A stretch of DNA of 64,000 bases from the NCBI GenBank assembly GCA_963674865.2, contig CAXXYE010000003.1, forward strand, positions 288,001 through 352,000. Reading direction: 5' to 3'. The notes under the pieces are model-generated. The model was not told the DNA's origin. It searched no databases and saw only the letters and a program-made list of their open reading frames with translations. Position 1 is the first letter of the stretch. The number at the start of each line of letters is the position of its first letter. The position numbers and the translations under genes were made by a program. Source of the DNA: Candidatus Hydrogenedentota bacterium (GTDB lineage: Bacteria > Hydrogenedentota > Hydrogenedentia > Hydrogenedentales > SLHB01). Of this stretch, positions 41,737 to 50,632 are shown piece after piece.

Positions 41737-42392
41737 CTAATCAACGTTGATGCTGAATACCGCTGTGCGTGCGACCTGATAATCAACAAAGACGGGGTCG
41801 GATAACACGAGACAAACCCGGACGTTGTCCGGAAGCGCCTGCTTCGTCCAGCCCCGGCTCCAGTCTCCACTCCCTTCGGCATACTCTATCCGCATTCCCA
41901 CAACCCCCTCGCAGAGGTCGATACGACCGTTTTGCGGATCGTCCCACACCGAGGGGACCCACCGTGCGGACGAGGGCGTCCTTCACCTGCTCCGTTGCGT
42001 CCTCACCCGCTTCCCGTGCGATCTTGTACATGACGGACGACTGCGATACCGTACGGCTATCTATTCGCCGCCGCCGGAACTTGGACGGGAATGACGATTC
42101 GGTCGTCGGCTACGGGCACGTGCTCGAGCATTTCAAGACGCGCCTGGTCCTCAAAGCCGCGCAGAGGGACCTGCGAAAGATTCGCCGACAGCACATGGGC
42201 AAAATCTGCGCGCATGCTGTTGAAGATCCTGTCCGCTTTGGCGTCGAGTTCGGCACGGACCAGTATGCGCTGCCATCCGTCGGACATCTTGTAGAAGAGC
42301 ACGCTGCCCAACGTGCTAATAACGCCAAGCAAACCGATTACGACGATGATCTCTATGAGAGTGAAACCACGATGGCGTTGGGCTGCTTTCAC
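41737..42392 (-). pseudogene. GspJ-like prepilin gene split by two frameshifts
   Basis: GFTLIEII N-terminus stops at 42057 after an ATAG duplication (AATAGATAGC); coding continues in a second frame (SVMYKIARE...LVRTVGPLG), then a third (DDPQNGRIDLCEGVVGMRIEY...LPDNVRV) ending at 41737. Confidence 0.75.
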
Positions 42393-42913
42393 GACATCTC
42401 CTCCAGAAGAGTTCGCGCTAGCGCGGAGCTAACCGTCACAAGACGCTCACGGCCCTTGTCGTGCCACCGGATGACTACGGTGACATCGGCGTAGGCGGCG
42501 TCCTCACGAGGCAGACGGGCGTAGGCTTCCCATATGAACTTGTTATAGAAATTCTCTTCGCGGTTATAGGCCCGCTCCGCGATAGGCAGGCTGGGCGGCG
42601 GGGGTGTCCGGGGGGTGATGTTGTCCCTCTGGCCACGCAGCGAGACCGGGGCGAACGAGCCTGCGGGCACGTCGTTGAGCTTGCAGACGAACGCGCCAGG
42701 GGCCCGCTCCATTGCCGCGAGTTGCTCGGTGGCCAGGGCTGACGCCACTTTGGTGCTCCGGCCGGTGTCGGCAAGGTCCATCGTGGCAAAGAAGAGCGAG
42801 AACATAAGAGAAGAGGCCACGCCGATAACAGCCAAAGCGACGAGTATCTCAACAAGGGTGAAACCTGGGCGTTTGGCCCTAGGCCCCGTGGGGGAGGTGC
42901 AGGTCTGGGTCAC
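42389..42913 (-). CDS. Prepilin-type N-terminal cleavage/methylation protein (GspI/PilV-like)
   Basis: PGFTLVEILVALAVIGV; C-terminal VTVVIRW; GTG after AAGGAG; stop overlaps next start. Confidence 0.85.
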   Translation of the reverse strand: MTQTCTSPTGPRAKRPGFTLVEILVALAVIGVASSLMFSLFFATMDLADTGRSTKVASALATEQLAAMERAPGAFVCKLNDVPAGSFAPVSLRGQRDNITPRTPPPPSLPIAERAYNREENFYNKFIWEAYARLPREDAAYADVTVVIRWHDKGRERLVTVSSALARTLLEEMS

Positions 42914-43047
42914 TCGATGCTTCTCCTTCCTGCGGCGGGCGAGACGCAATAACCCCTCGGCGGCTTTGCGCGTCTGGCGCACCACGCGCCTTCGCGCAGG
43001 TGCGTCCCCTCACCCGTTGACGAGTGTCTCCGCCATTTATTCTCGCT

Positions 43048-43077
43048 ATCGTAGATCAACTTGCGCATAAATGTCAA
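43048..43077 (-). promoter_or_regulatory. Candidate sigma70 promoter of the pseudopilin operon
   Basis: Minus strand TTGACA-N18-TACGAT in an AT-rich patch. Confidence 0.55.
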
Positions 43078-43240
43078 CAAAATATTCACCAGGCCTTCGT
43101 CGACCCTTCTTGTGTTTGGCAATTAGAGTGCCTGCTCCCAACGTGGCGAGGCAATGTGTGCCAGAGGCACCTGGAAAGTGTCCGGCGCGCCCGGGAGAGC
43201 TTTGAAGGGCCGCCGGAGCATGTGCGGGCGATGTGCTAAT

Positions 43241-45184
43241 ATGGACGCGATGGCGCCCACTAACAACAGATATCCGGTGACACTCTCGGACGTGGCATCG
43301 GTGGATTTGCCCAAGGAAAACGCCGGGGGCAGTGTACTGGCGTGCCTCGACCTGACCACCGTGCCGGCCACGCCCGGCTGCTATCTGATGCGCGACCGAG
43401 CCGACAAGGTTATCTACGTGGGAAAGGCCAAGCATCTCCGGAACAGGCTGCGAACCTACGTCAATGATCAGGATTCGCGGCACATGGTGAAGTTCCTTGC
43501 CCAACGCCTTGCCCGTGTCGAATTTCTTATCACCACCACCGAAAAAGAAGCCTTGCTGCTTGAAAACAGCCTCATCAAAGAGCACAGGCCTCGGTATAAC
43601 GTGCGCCTGCGCGATGACAAGACGTACGTCAGCGTGCGCCTTGCGGTGCAGGAGGCGTTTCCCCGGCTGATGGTGGTGCGCCGGCACAGGCGCGATGGCG
43701 CCTGCTACTTCGGCCCTTACTCGAGCGCCCAAGCCGTGCGGGAAACACTGCGCACCATTAACCGGGTCTTCCCTCTGCGCAAGTGTTCCGACAGCGTCAT
43801 GCGAAACCGCACGCGCCCGTGCCTGTATTACCAGATGGGTGAGTGCTTGGCGCCGTGCGTCGGGCTCGTTGACCAGGAGACCTATCGCGATGTCGTCAAG
43901 CAGGTAGTGATGTTGCTTGAAGGTCGAGATGACCAGCTCGAGAAGCTCCTGTTGGATGAGATGAACGCACAAGCGGCCGCCCTCGAGTTCGAGAAGGCTG
44001 CTGTGTTGCGGGACCGGCTTCAAGCCCTTCGTCACACCCAGGAACGCCAGCGTACCGTGGCTTTGCACGGCGCACCGGACCGCGATGTGTTCGGCCTCTA
44101 TGAGCAAGGCCGGTATCTGGAAATCATGGTGCTCTTCTATCGGGGCGGCAAGATGCTGGGCGGGCGTGCCTTCAGCTTCGTAAGGACGGAGATGCCGCGC
44201 GAAGAACTGTTCAGTTCATTTCTCTTGCAGTACTACGCCACGACGCCCTCAGTCCCCGCTGAAGTCCTGACGCCGCTCGAACTCGAGGATGCGGAGGCAT
44301 TGGCGAGCGTGCTCTCGGATCAACGTGGCTCAAAGGTGACAATCCACGCGCCTCAGCGCGGCGAAAAACGTGCCCTTGTCGAGATAGCCTCACGCAATGC
44401 GCGCTCGAGTTTCGAGGAGAAGCGCCTCTCCGAGAGGGCGCACCGCGATGTGCTCGAACAGATACGTCAAGCGCTGCATCTTCGAGAAATCCCCGCCCGG
44501 ATGGAGTGTTTCGACATCTCGACGATCCAGGGGGAGAAGGCGGTCGGGGCCATGACGACTTTCACGGACGGCGCGCCGGACAAGTCCCGCTACCGCCGCT
44601 ACACCATCCGGCAGGTGCAGGGGCAAGACGACTACGCCATGCTCCGTGAGGTCCTGCTCCGGCGCTACCGCCGCGGCGTCGAGGAGCACGACCTCCCCAA
44701 TCTCAGCGTGGTCGATGGCGGGAAGGGGCAACTCAATGTCGCGCTGGCCGTGTTCAAGGATCTCGGGATTGAGGATGTAGCAATAGTGTCGATAGCAAAG
44801 GCCCGTTCGCTTCGCGAAGAAGGCGGCCACTCGCCCGAACGCTTCTTTGTCCCGGGGCGCAAGAATCCGATCATCCTGCCTCAGGATTCACCTGTCGTGC
44901 ATACCCTTGCGCGGCTGCGCGACGAAGCGCACCGGTTTGGCATTACGTACCATCGACTCCGGCGGACACGCTCAACGGTACGCACACGACTTACCGAGAT
45001 CCCGGGCGTGGGGGCGAAGCGGGCCAAGAAGCTCTTGACGAAGCTCGGTTCTGCCGCCAGAATAGCCCAGGCTTCCGAGGAACAGATAGCGGCTGTTCCT
45101 GGCTTCAGCGCATCCCTGGCGAAGACGATAAAGACGTACTTCGACGCCGCGAAGATGCAGGCCGACCAAAGAGAGGATTCCTGA
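43241..45184 (+). CDS. uvrC: Excinuclease ABC subunit C
   Basis: PGCYLM...IYVGKAKHLRNR GIY-YIG, EALLLENSLIK, PRYNVRLRDDK, FEKAAVLRD, ECFDIS, VDGGKGQ, RDEAHRF, IPGVG HhH; start uncertain. Confidence 0.97.
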   Translation: MDAMAPTNNRYPVTLSDVASVDLPKENAGGSVLACLDLTTVPATPGCYLMRDRADKVIYVGKAKHLRNRLRTYVNDQDSRHMVKFLAQRLARVEFLITTTEKEALLLENSLIKEHRPRYNVRLRDDKTYVSVRLAVQEAFPRLMVVRRHRRDGACYFGPYSSAQAVRETLRTINRVFPLRKCSDSVMRNRTRPCLYYQMGECLAPCVGLVDQETYRDVVKQVVMLLEGRDDQLEKLLLDEMNAQAAALEFEKAAVLRDRLQALRHTQERQRTVALHGAPDRDVFGLYEQGRYLEIMVLFYRGGKMLGGRAFSFVRTEMPREELFSSFLLQYYATTPSVPAEVLTPLELEDAEALASVLSDQRGSKVTIHAPQRGEKRALVEIASRNARSSFEEKRLSERAHRDVLEQIRQALHLREIPARMECFDISTIQGEKAVGAMTTFTDGAPDKSRYRRYTIRQVQGQDDYAMLREVLLRRYRRGVEEHDLPNLSVVDGGKGQLNVALAVFKDLGIEDVAIVSIAKARSLREEGGHSPERFFVPGRKNPIILPQDSPVVHTLARLRDEAHRFGITYHRLRRTRSTVRTRLTEIPGVGAKRAKKLLTKLGSAARIAQASEEQIAAVPGFSASLAKTIKTYFDAAKMQADQREDS

Positions 45185-45188
45185 AAGT

Positions 45189-46514
45189 ATGTTACTAACG
45201 GTGCTGATCTGTATTGCCGTTCTGTTCGCGATAGCGTTTCTCTACTGGATGCTCCTTTCCTCTGCCCTGAGCATGCCCAGCGGCGCCGACGAGGTGTACG
45301 CCGTGACGACGGCGGACCTGTGGGAGGTCCGGCTGTACCGGTACAAGCCCCGGCAAGGCGGCGGAGAACCGGTCTTCCTCTGCCACAGCGCCATGGCGAA
45401 CCAGTTCAATTTCACCTCACCGGCCGGTGCATCACTCGTCGACACGCTTGTCGAAGACGGCTACGATTGCTGGATCATTGAGTTGCGCGGCTCGCGGAGT
45501 TCGATTCCTCCCTTTGGGCGGAAGCGATGGTCGGCGGTGCCGGACGATTTCCTGCTGCAAGACATTCCATCGGCACTCGATTTCATTCGCAAGAAGACGG
45601 GATATGACAAGGTGCATTGGGTGGGACATTCGCTTGGCGGCATGCTCCTCTACGCGTATGAACTCGTACACGGCCGAGATTGGCTGGCGAGCGCGGCCAC
45701 GCTGGGCTCACCGCCCGGCTTCGCCGGCGTGTCCTTCAAGACGCCCCACACCATTCTGTTTCTTCAGCGCATGTGTCCGCCCCTGATCGGCTTCGTCATG
45801 AGGGGGCTTTCGCCGCTGCTGCTTGCCCTGCGCCCGCGGGTGGGATTCGTGCCCGTCAACTGGGAGAACGTTCATCCATCCGTTACGGCGCGAACCTTCT
45901 TCAATATGCTCGAGTCGCCGCCGCCCGCGTTGGCTCAAGAGCTGACCTTCTGGGCCGCCCACAACCTCTGGCGCATGAATCACGACGACGTGGATGTTGT
46001 GGAGGGACTGAAGACGCTGCGGACGCCTCTATTGGTGTTTTTCGGTGCGGCGGATCCGCTGACACCCGCCGCGACAGCCGAAGCGTTTTTCAAGGAGTTG
46101 CCGGGGCGCGACAAGAAGATGATCATGCTAGGCAAAGGCCACGACTGCTCCGCCGACTACAACCATGCAGACCTTGCCTTTGGGCGGAACGGCGCCGAAG
46201 AGGTGTTCCGGCCCATCGTCGAGTGGTTTGGCAAGCACCCCATCACGGAACGCCTCAAAGGAAAGCAAGATATCGAGGTGGCATTCCGCGTTGAGCAAAT
46301 CGCGCCGAGAAGGGCCGAGGGCTTGGAGGAAGCCCCTGAATCCGCAAAGGTCCGCGCGGCCTCGAAGAAGCCCGCGGCTAAGAAGAAGCCGTCAGCGAAG
46401 AGGAAGCCGGCGGCGAAGAAGAAAGCGACCTCAAAGAAGGTCGCGGCCAAGAGGCCTGCGGCCAAAGCGCAGGCCGGGAAGAAGCGCGTCGCCAAGAAGC
46501 CGCCTTCCGACTGA
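45189..46514 (+). CDS. Membrane-anchored alpha/beta hydrolase with Lys/Ala-rich histone H1-like C-terminal tail
   Basis: N-terminal TM; VGHSLGG nucleophile, GAADPL, YNHADL; tail KKPAAKKKPSAKRKPAAKKK. Confidence 0.82.
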   Translation: MLLTVLICIAVLFAIAFLYWMLLSSALSMPSGADEVYAVTTADLWEVRLYRYKPRQGGGEPVFLCHSAMANQFNFTSPAGASLVDTLVEDGYDCWIIELRGSRSSIPPFGRKRWSAVPDDFLLQDIPSALDFIRKKTGYDKVHWVGHSLGGMLLYAYELVHGRDWLASAATLGSPPGFAGVSFKTPHTILFLQRMCPPLIGFVMRGLSPLLLALRPRVGFVPVNWENVHPSVTARTFFNMLESPPPALAQELTFWAAHNLWRMNHDDVDVVEGLKTLRTPLLVFFGAADPLTPAATAEAFFKELPGRDKKMIMLGKGHDCSADYNHADLAFGRNGAEEVFRPIVEWFGKHPITERLKGKQDIEVAFRVEQIAPRRAEGLEEAPESAKVRAASKKPAAKKKPSAKRKPAAKKKATSKKVAAKRPAAKAQAGKKRVAKKPPSD

Positions 46515-46540
46515 GCCGGAGCGAAGCAAGGGGCCGATAC

Positions 46541-47449
46541 TTGGAATTCACGCGGAGGCGTTTCCTCGAGACATTAGCGGCTGCGGCAAGTTGCGGCGCC
46601 GCGGCGGGATCAAGGAAGCGTGTAGGAGCGGCTATGGCCAGTCCCACGGTATGCGTATTCTCGAAACATCTGCAGTTCATCACCGATTTCGCCGAACTTG
46701 CACGGACCTGCAAGGCACTTGGCCTCGGGGGCGTCGATCTCACTGTGCGCAACAAGGGGCACGTGCTTCCGGAGAACGCAGCCCAGGATCTCGATTCGGC
46801 CGTTCAGGCCTTTCGGGCGGAAGGGCTGGATGTGCCCATGATCACGACGGGCCTGTGTCGGGGCGACGATCCTCATGCAGAGTCGATCCTCGCGGCCGCG
46901 TCGAAACTCGGCATCCACTACTTCCGGGTGGGCGGGCAGCACTACGCAGACACCGGCGACATCGTCGAGCAATTGGCGCAATTCACGGAAGGGCTTCGCA
47001 GTCTGGCGCGCCTCGCCGAGAGGTACGGAGTGATCGCCGGTTACCACAACCATTCGGGCCACAGCAACGTCGGCGCGCCGATCTGGGACTTGTACCGCAT
47101 GTTCGAGGACGTCGGCTCGGATGCTCTCGGCTCCAACTTCGACGTGGGCCACGCACGCGTCGAGGGCGCCTATGGCGCATGGGAGATCAACGCGCGGCTG
47201 ATGGCGTCCCGCGTAAAGATGATGGCGGTGAAGGACTTCGTCTGGGACGGCGACCAGCCGCGATGGGTGCCCCTGGGGCAGGGCATAGCGCCTACCGCAC
47301 AAACGCTGGCCATCTTCCGGAAGGTCGGCTTCGCAGGGCCGATCTCAATCCACATCGAATACAAGACCGACTCGCACGACGCCTTGCTTGAGGAGATCCG
47401 CCAGGCTGCGGCAACCCTTCGGGCCGACATGAAACAGGCCGGCTATTGA
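46541..47449 (+). CDS. Tat-signal sugar phosphate isomerase/epimerase (TIM barrel)
   Basis: TRRRFLE; FSKHLQ, GVDLTVR, YHNHSG, FDVGH, KDF, PLGQG, ISIHIEY. Confidence 0.85.
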   Translation: MEFTRRRFLETLAAAASCGAAAGSRKRVGAAMASPTVCVFSKHLQFITDFAELARTCKALGLGGVDLTVRNKGHVLPENAAQDLDSAVQAFRAEGLDVPMITTGLCRGDDPHAESILAAASKLGIHYFRVGGQHYADTGDIVEQLAQFTEGLRSLARLAERYGVIAGYHNHSGHSNVGAPIWDLYRMFEDVGSDALGSNFDVGHARVEGAYGAWEINARLMASRVKMMAVKDFVWDGDQPRWVPLGQGIAPTAQTLAIFRKVGFAGPISIHIEYKTDSHDALLEEIRQAAATLRADMKQAGY

Positions 47450-47511
47450 AGGCCTCTGCTGGCACCGGCTGAAACTGCACACCGCCCGGAAAAACGATGG
47501 AGGAGCGGCAC

Positions 47512-48327
47512 ATGAAAGGACGATTCCTTACAGCCTCTCTCGCAGTTGTCTTGGTAACCGGTGTGGCCTGCGGCCACAGTTCGGCTGGGGGGGCGGTGCT
47601 CGCGTCCGCGGCTTTTGGCCAGGTGCGCTCCGACCCCGCGCCTGCCACCGGATCGGAGGCGCCGTCCACATCCACGAGCCAAACACCCATCCGATACGCC
47701 CAAACCAAGCCGGGCGCCCTGCTCTTCAAGAACAGTGATTTCGAGCGCGGCAACCTTTCGCACTGGGAAGCGACGGGCGAGGCTTTCGCACAACAGCCGA
47801 CCAAATGGGACAACCCGACGGCCCGTGGCTCCGACATGCCCGCGCGGCACCAAGGCCACTACTGGATCGGCACGTTTGAGGAATACGCGGGCACAGCAGG
47901 CCAGCGCCCCGGGGCCACCCAGGGCGACGAGCCGCAAGGGACGCTGACCTCGGAGCCCTTCACGATCATGGAGCATCGCATCGCCTTCTACTGCGGCGGC
48001 GGCCGCCTTATGAGCATGGCCTACGTGGCGCTTCTGGTGGACGGCGAGGAAGTCCTGAAGGCCACCGGCAAGCAAAGCGACTCGATGCACGAAGTCGTCT
48101 GGGATGTCTCGAACTATGCCGGCAAGAAAGCACGTATCGTGATACGGGATGCCTCATCGGACGAATGGGGCCACATCAGCGCGGATTACTTCCGCTACGT
48201 ATCCCCTCAGACCGAGCCTCGGGGCGGCGTCGTCACGCGCCCCGTTCCCGAAACCCGCCCCGAGACTCCGGGACAACGGCCCGATGCAGCTACGGAGATA
48301 GAGCATGGCGTAGCGCCGCAGCACTAA
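47512..48327 (+). CDS. Exported protein with putative carbohydrate-binding jelly-roll domain
   Basis: Signal peptide; NSDFERGNLSHWEATGEAF, GTLTSEPFTI, WDVSNYAGKKARIVIRD...WGHISAD, a module seen appended to glycoside hydrolases. Confidence 0.6.
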   Translation: MKGRFLTASLAVVLVTGVACGHSSAGGAVLASAAFGQVRSDPAPATGSEAPSTSTSQTPIRYAQTKPGALLFKNSDFERGNLSHWEATGEAFAQQPTKWDNPTARGSDMPARHQGHYWIGTFEEYAGTAGQRPGATQGDEPQGTLTSEPFTIMEHRIAFYCGGGRLMSMAYVALLVDGEEVLKATGKQSDSMHEVVWDVSNYAGKKARIVIRDASSDEWGHISADYFRYVSPQTEPRGGVVTRPVPETRPETPGQRPDAATEIEHGVAPQH

Positions 48328-48439
48328 CCGGCGTGGTCGTTCGACGTCGGAGGCGCAAGGCAACGCCAAGAATCCGGAATCGGTTTCACTAACCATAGAC
48401 CATCGGCCCGGTTGCCGGGCCTCAAAGAAGGAGTAGGCG

Positions 48440-49384
48440 ATGAGCGGAACCAGCGCAGACGAACCTATGATCTGGGGATATCTCATTCATCTTGGCTACA
48501 ACATGTGGGTGGATCGGGAAATCCCGGAGGAGAACCGGCCCTACATCACCGCAAGGCCCTACATGCGTTTCGATGACAGCCTATGGAATGACTTGGTCGA
48601 GCGATGGGCCGACGCCGGTGTCAATATGATTGTTATCGACCTTGGGGAAGGTGTCCGCTATGAATCCCACCCGGAATTGGCTGTTAAGGGATCATGGCCC
48701 GGTGAACGCCTGCGCGAGGAACTGGCCCGGCTGCGAGACAAGGGCCTTGAACCTATTCCCAAGCTCAACTTCTCCACCGCGCATGACGTCTGGCTGGGCG
48801 AGTATGCGCGCTGTGTCTCGACGGAGCGGTACTACGGCGTCTGCCGCGACCTCATCGCCGAGGTGCTCTCACTATTCGACGGCCCCCGCTTCTTCCACTT
48901 AGGCATGGACGAGGAAACGGCGGAACACCACCGTCGCCACGCCTATGTCGTCCTCCGGCAATACGACCTCTGGTGGCACGATATCGAGTTTCTGTTCGAG
49001 CAGGTGATACGCGGCGGGTCACGCCCGTGGATTTGGTCCGACTATGTGTGGCACCACCCAGATGCCTTCTTCGAGCGGATGCCGAAGTCCACGATGCAGA
49101 GCAACTGGTACTACGGCGACAAGTTCGACGAAACGGTGGAGTATGTCAAGGCGTATGACGACCTCGAAGCGAAAGGCTATGAACAGATCCCGACGGGGAG
49201 CAACTGGTCGAACGACGTGAATTTCGAGCGGACGGTCGCCCACTGTCGCGAACACATCGCACCTGAACGGCTCAAGGGATTCTTGCACGCGCCGTGGCAT
49301 CCGACGGTCGAGGAATTCCGCCGTCAACATCTCACGGCCTGCGACCAAGTCGCCGCGGCGCGCGCCGCCTGGGAACAGAAGTAG
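48440..49384 (+). CDS. GH20-like TIM-barrel protein (putative hexosaminidase)
   Basis: YESHPELA, PIPKLNFS..HD, FFHLGMDEE (HxGxDE catalytic motif), WIWSD. Confidence 0.7.
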   Translation: MSGTSADEPMIWGYLIHLGYNMWVDREIPEENRPYITARPYMRFDDSLWNDLVERWADAGVNMIVIDLGEGVRYESHPELAVKGSWPGERLREELARLRDKGLEPIPKLNFSTAHDVWLGEYARCVSTERYYGVCRDLIAEVLSLFDGPRFFHLGMDEETAEHHRRHAYVVLRQYDLWWHDIEFLFEQVIRGGSRPWIWSDYVWHHPDAFFERMPKSTMQSNWYYGDKFDETVEYVKAYDDLEAKGYEQIPTGSNWSNDVNFERTVAHCREHIAPERLKGFLHAPWHPTVEEFRRQHLTACDQVAAARAAWEQK

Positions 49385-49695
49385 CGGCCCTCCTGCGCGG
49401 AGGGGGCAGTGATTCGGTGGCGCTATCTGCTCACCACGCTCCTTGAGGTAGGCGCCCACCGGAGATCCGGGGGATATCGCCGCGATGGCGCTTCGCCTAC
49501 CGGCGGAGGGCGGGGGAGTGGCATCCTATTGCCCCGAGATGCCCGGTGTTGCGGAACTTTCTGCGGTATGAGAGAATACAAGACGCGGTACAAAGGTTCT
49601 GCCAGGGCACAACACCTAGTGGTTGCCCTGGCCATTCAGCCTTATATAGTGTGGGTATCGATGCGTGCTGATCGCGCGCGGTTTCTAGGATAAGC

Positions 49696-50493
49696 ATGTA
49701 CGACCAGTTCCGGCACCGATTCGGCGATGGCGGGCCTATGCGCAGGGCCGTCACGGTGTCTGTGATCCTGCACGCCCTGGCCTTCGCGGCCCTGGGCGCT
49801 GCGGTCGTCGTCCACCGGCCCGCCGTCAAGCCGCCGGACTACGAGGTACAACTGGTTCAACTGACGAATATTCAGGAGCCGGAAGAGGTTGTCGAGACTG
49901 TTGTCAAGGAGCCCGAACCTGAGCCGGAACGCGAGCCTGAGCCAGAGCCCGAGCCAAAGCCTGAACGCAAGCCAGAGCCGGAGCCCGAGCGAACGCCGGA
50001 GCCGAAGCCTGAACGCAAGCCGGAGCCAGAGCCCGAGCGAGAGCCTGAACCCAAGCCGGAACTCAAGGCCGAGCCGGAGCCTGAGCGAGAGCCTGAACCC
50101 AAGCCGGAACTCAAGGCCGAGCCGGAGCCTGAGCGAGAGCCTGAACCCAAGCCTGAACCCAAGGCCAAGAGTGGTATATCCGTGCAGCAAGAGATGCCGA
50201 GCGTGTTACTCTGGTGGAGTCGACAAGTCCAGCGCAAAGTGGATAGGGTGTGGGAGGAACCCGGTGGGATTCGACTGGACGCCGAGGACAACCAGGCTGT
50301 GGTAAGCTTCTGGGTGAACCGTGCCGGGCGGCTGTTGAGCGATCCGGAGGTCATCAAGCACGCTAGCGAAAAGGCGGTGGGGGAGTCGGGTGTTCGGGCT
50401 ATCAAGCTCGCCGCGCCTTTTCCACCGCTGCCCGAGGCGTTCGAGGACACCGAACAGGAAGTCGTGATCACGTTCACGGTTGGGAAGGACTAG
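49696..50493 (+). CDS. TolA/TonB-family protein
   Basis: SVILHAL TM motif, long EP/KP linker, TonB_C-like end ([14 protein letters not shown]); directly upstream of tolB. Confidence 0.82.
   Translation: MYDQFRHRFGDGGPMRRAVTVSVILHALAFAALGAAVVVHRPAVKPPDYEVQLVQLTNIQEPEEVVETVVKEPEPEPEREPEPEPEPKPERKPEPEPERTPEPKPERKPEPEPEREPEPKPELKAEPEPEREPEPKPELKAEPEPEREPEPKPEPKAKSGISVQQEMPSVLLWWSRQVQRKVDRVWEEPGGIRLDAEDNQAVVSFWVNRAGRLLSDPEVIKHASEKAVGESGVRAIKLAAPFPPLPEAFEDTEQEVVITFTVGKD
50035..50153 (+). repeat. Perfect 48-bp in-frame tandem repeat (about 2.5 copies) within the EP/KP linker
   Basis: Unit GAGCGAGAGCCTGAACCCAAGCCGGAACTCAAGGCCGAGCCGGAGCCT at 50035 and 50083, partial at 50131; encodes [16 protein letters not shown]. 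Confidence 0.9.
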
Positions 50494-50632
50494 GAATGCT
50501 GCCAGAGATTCACCGAATGACGGGGACTGAGAGTTTTGGGCATTGAGACAAAACGACGTACAAGTGCTTTCTGGCCGCATCCCACCAGGAATCGTACTTT
50601 CAGGTTAAGCTTCTAGAGAACAGGAGGATATC

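Noticed and set aside
49911..50160. Repetitive DNA resembling a CRISPR array
   Set aside because: In-frame coding EP/KP repeats with no unique spacers and no cas genes.
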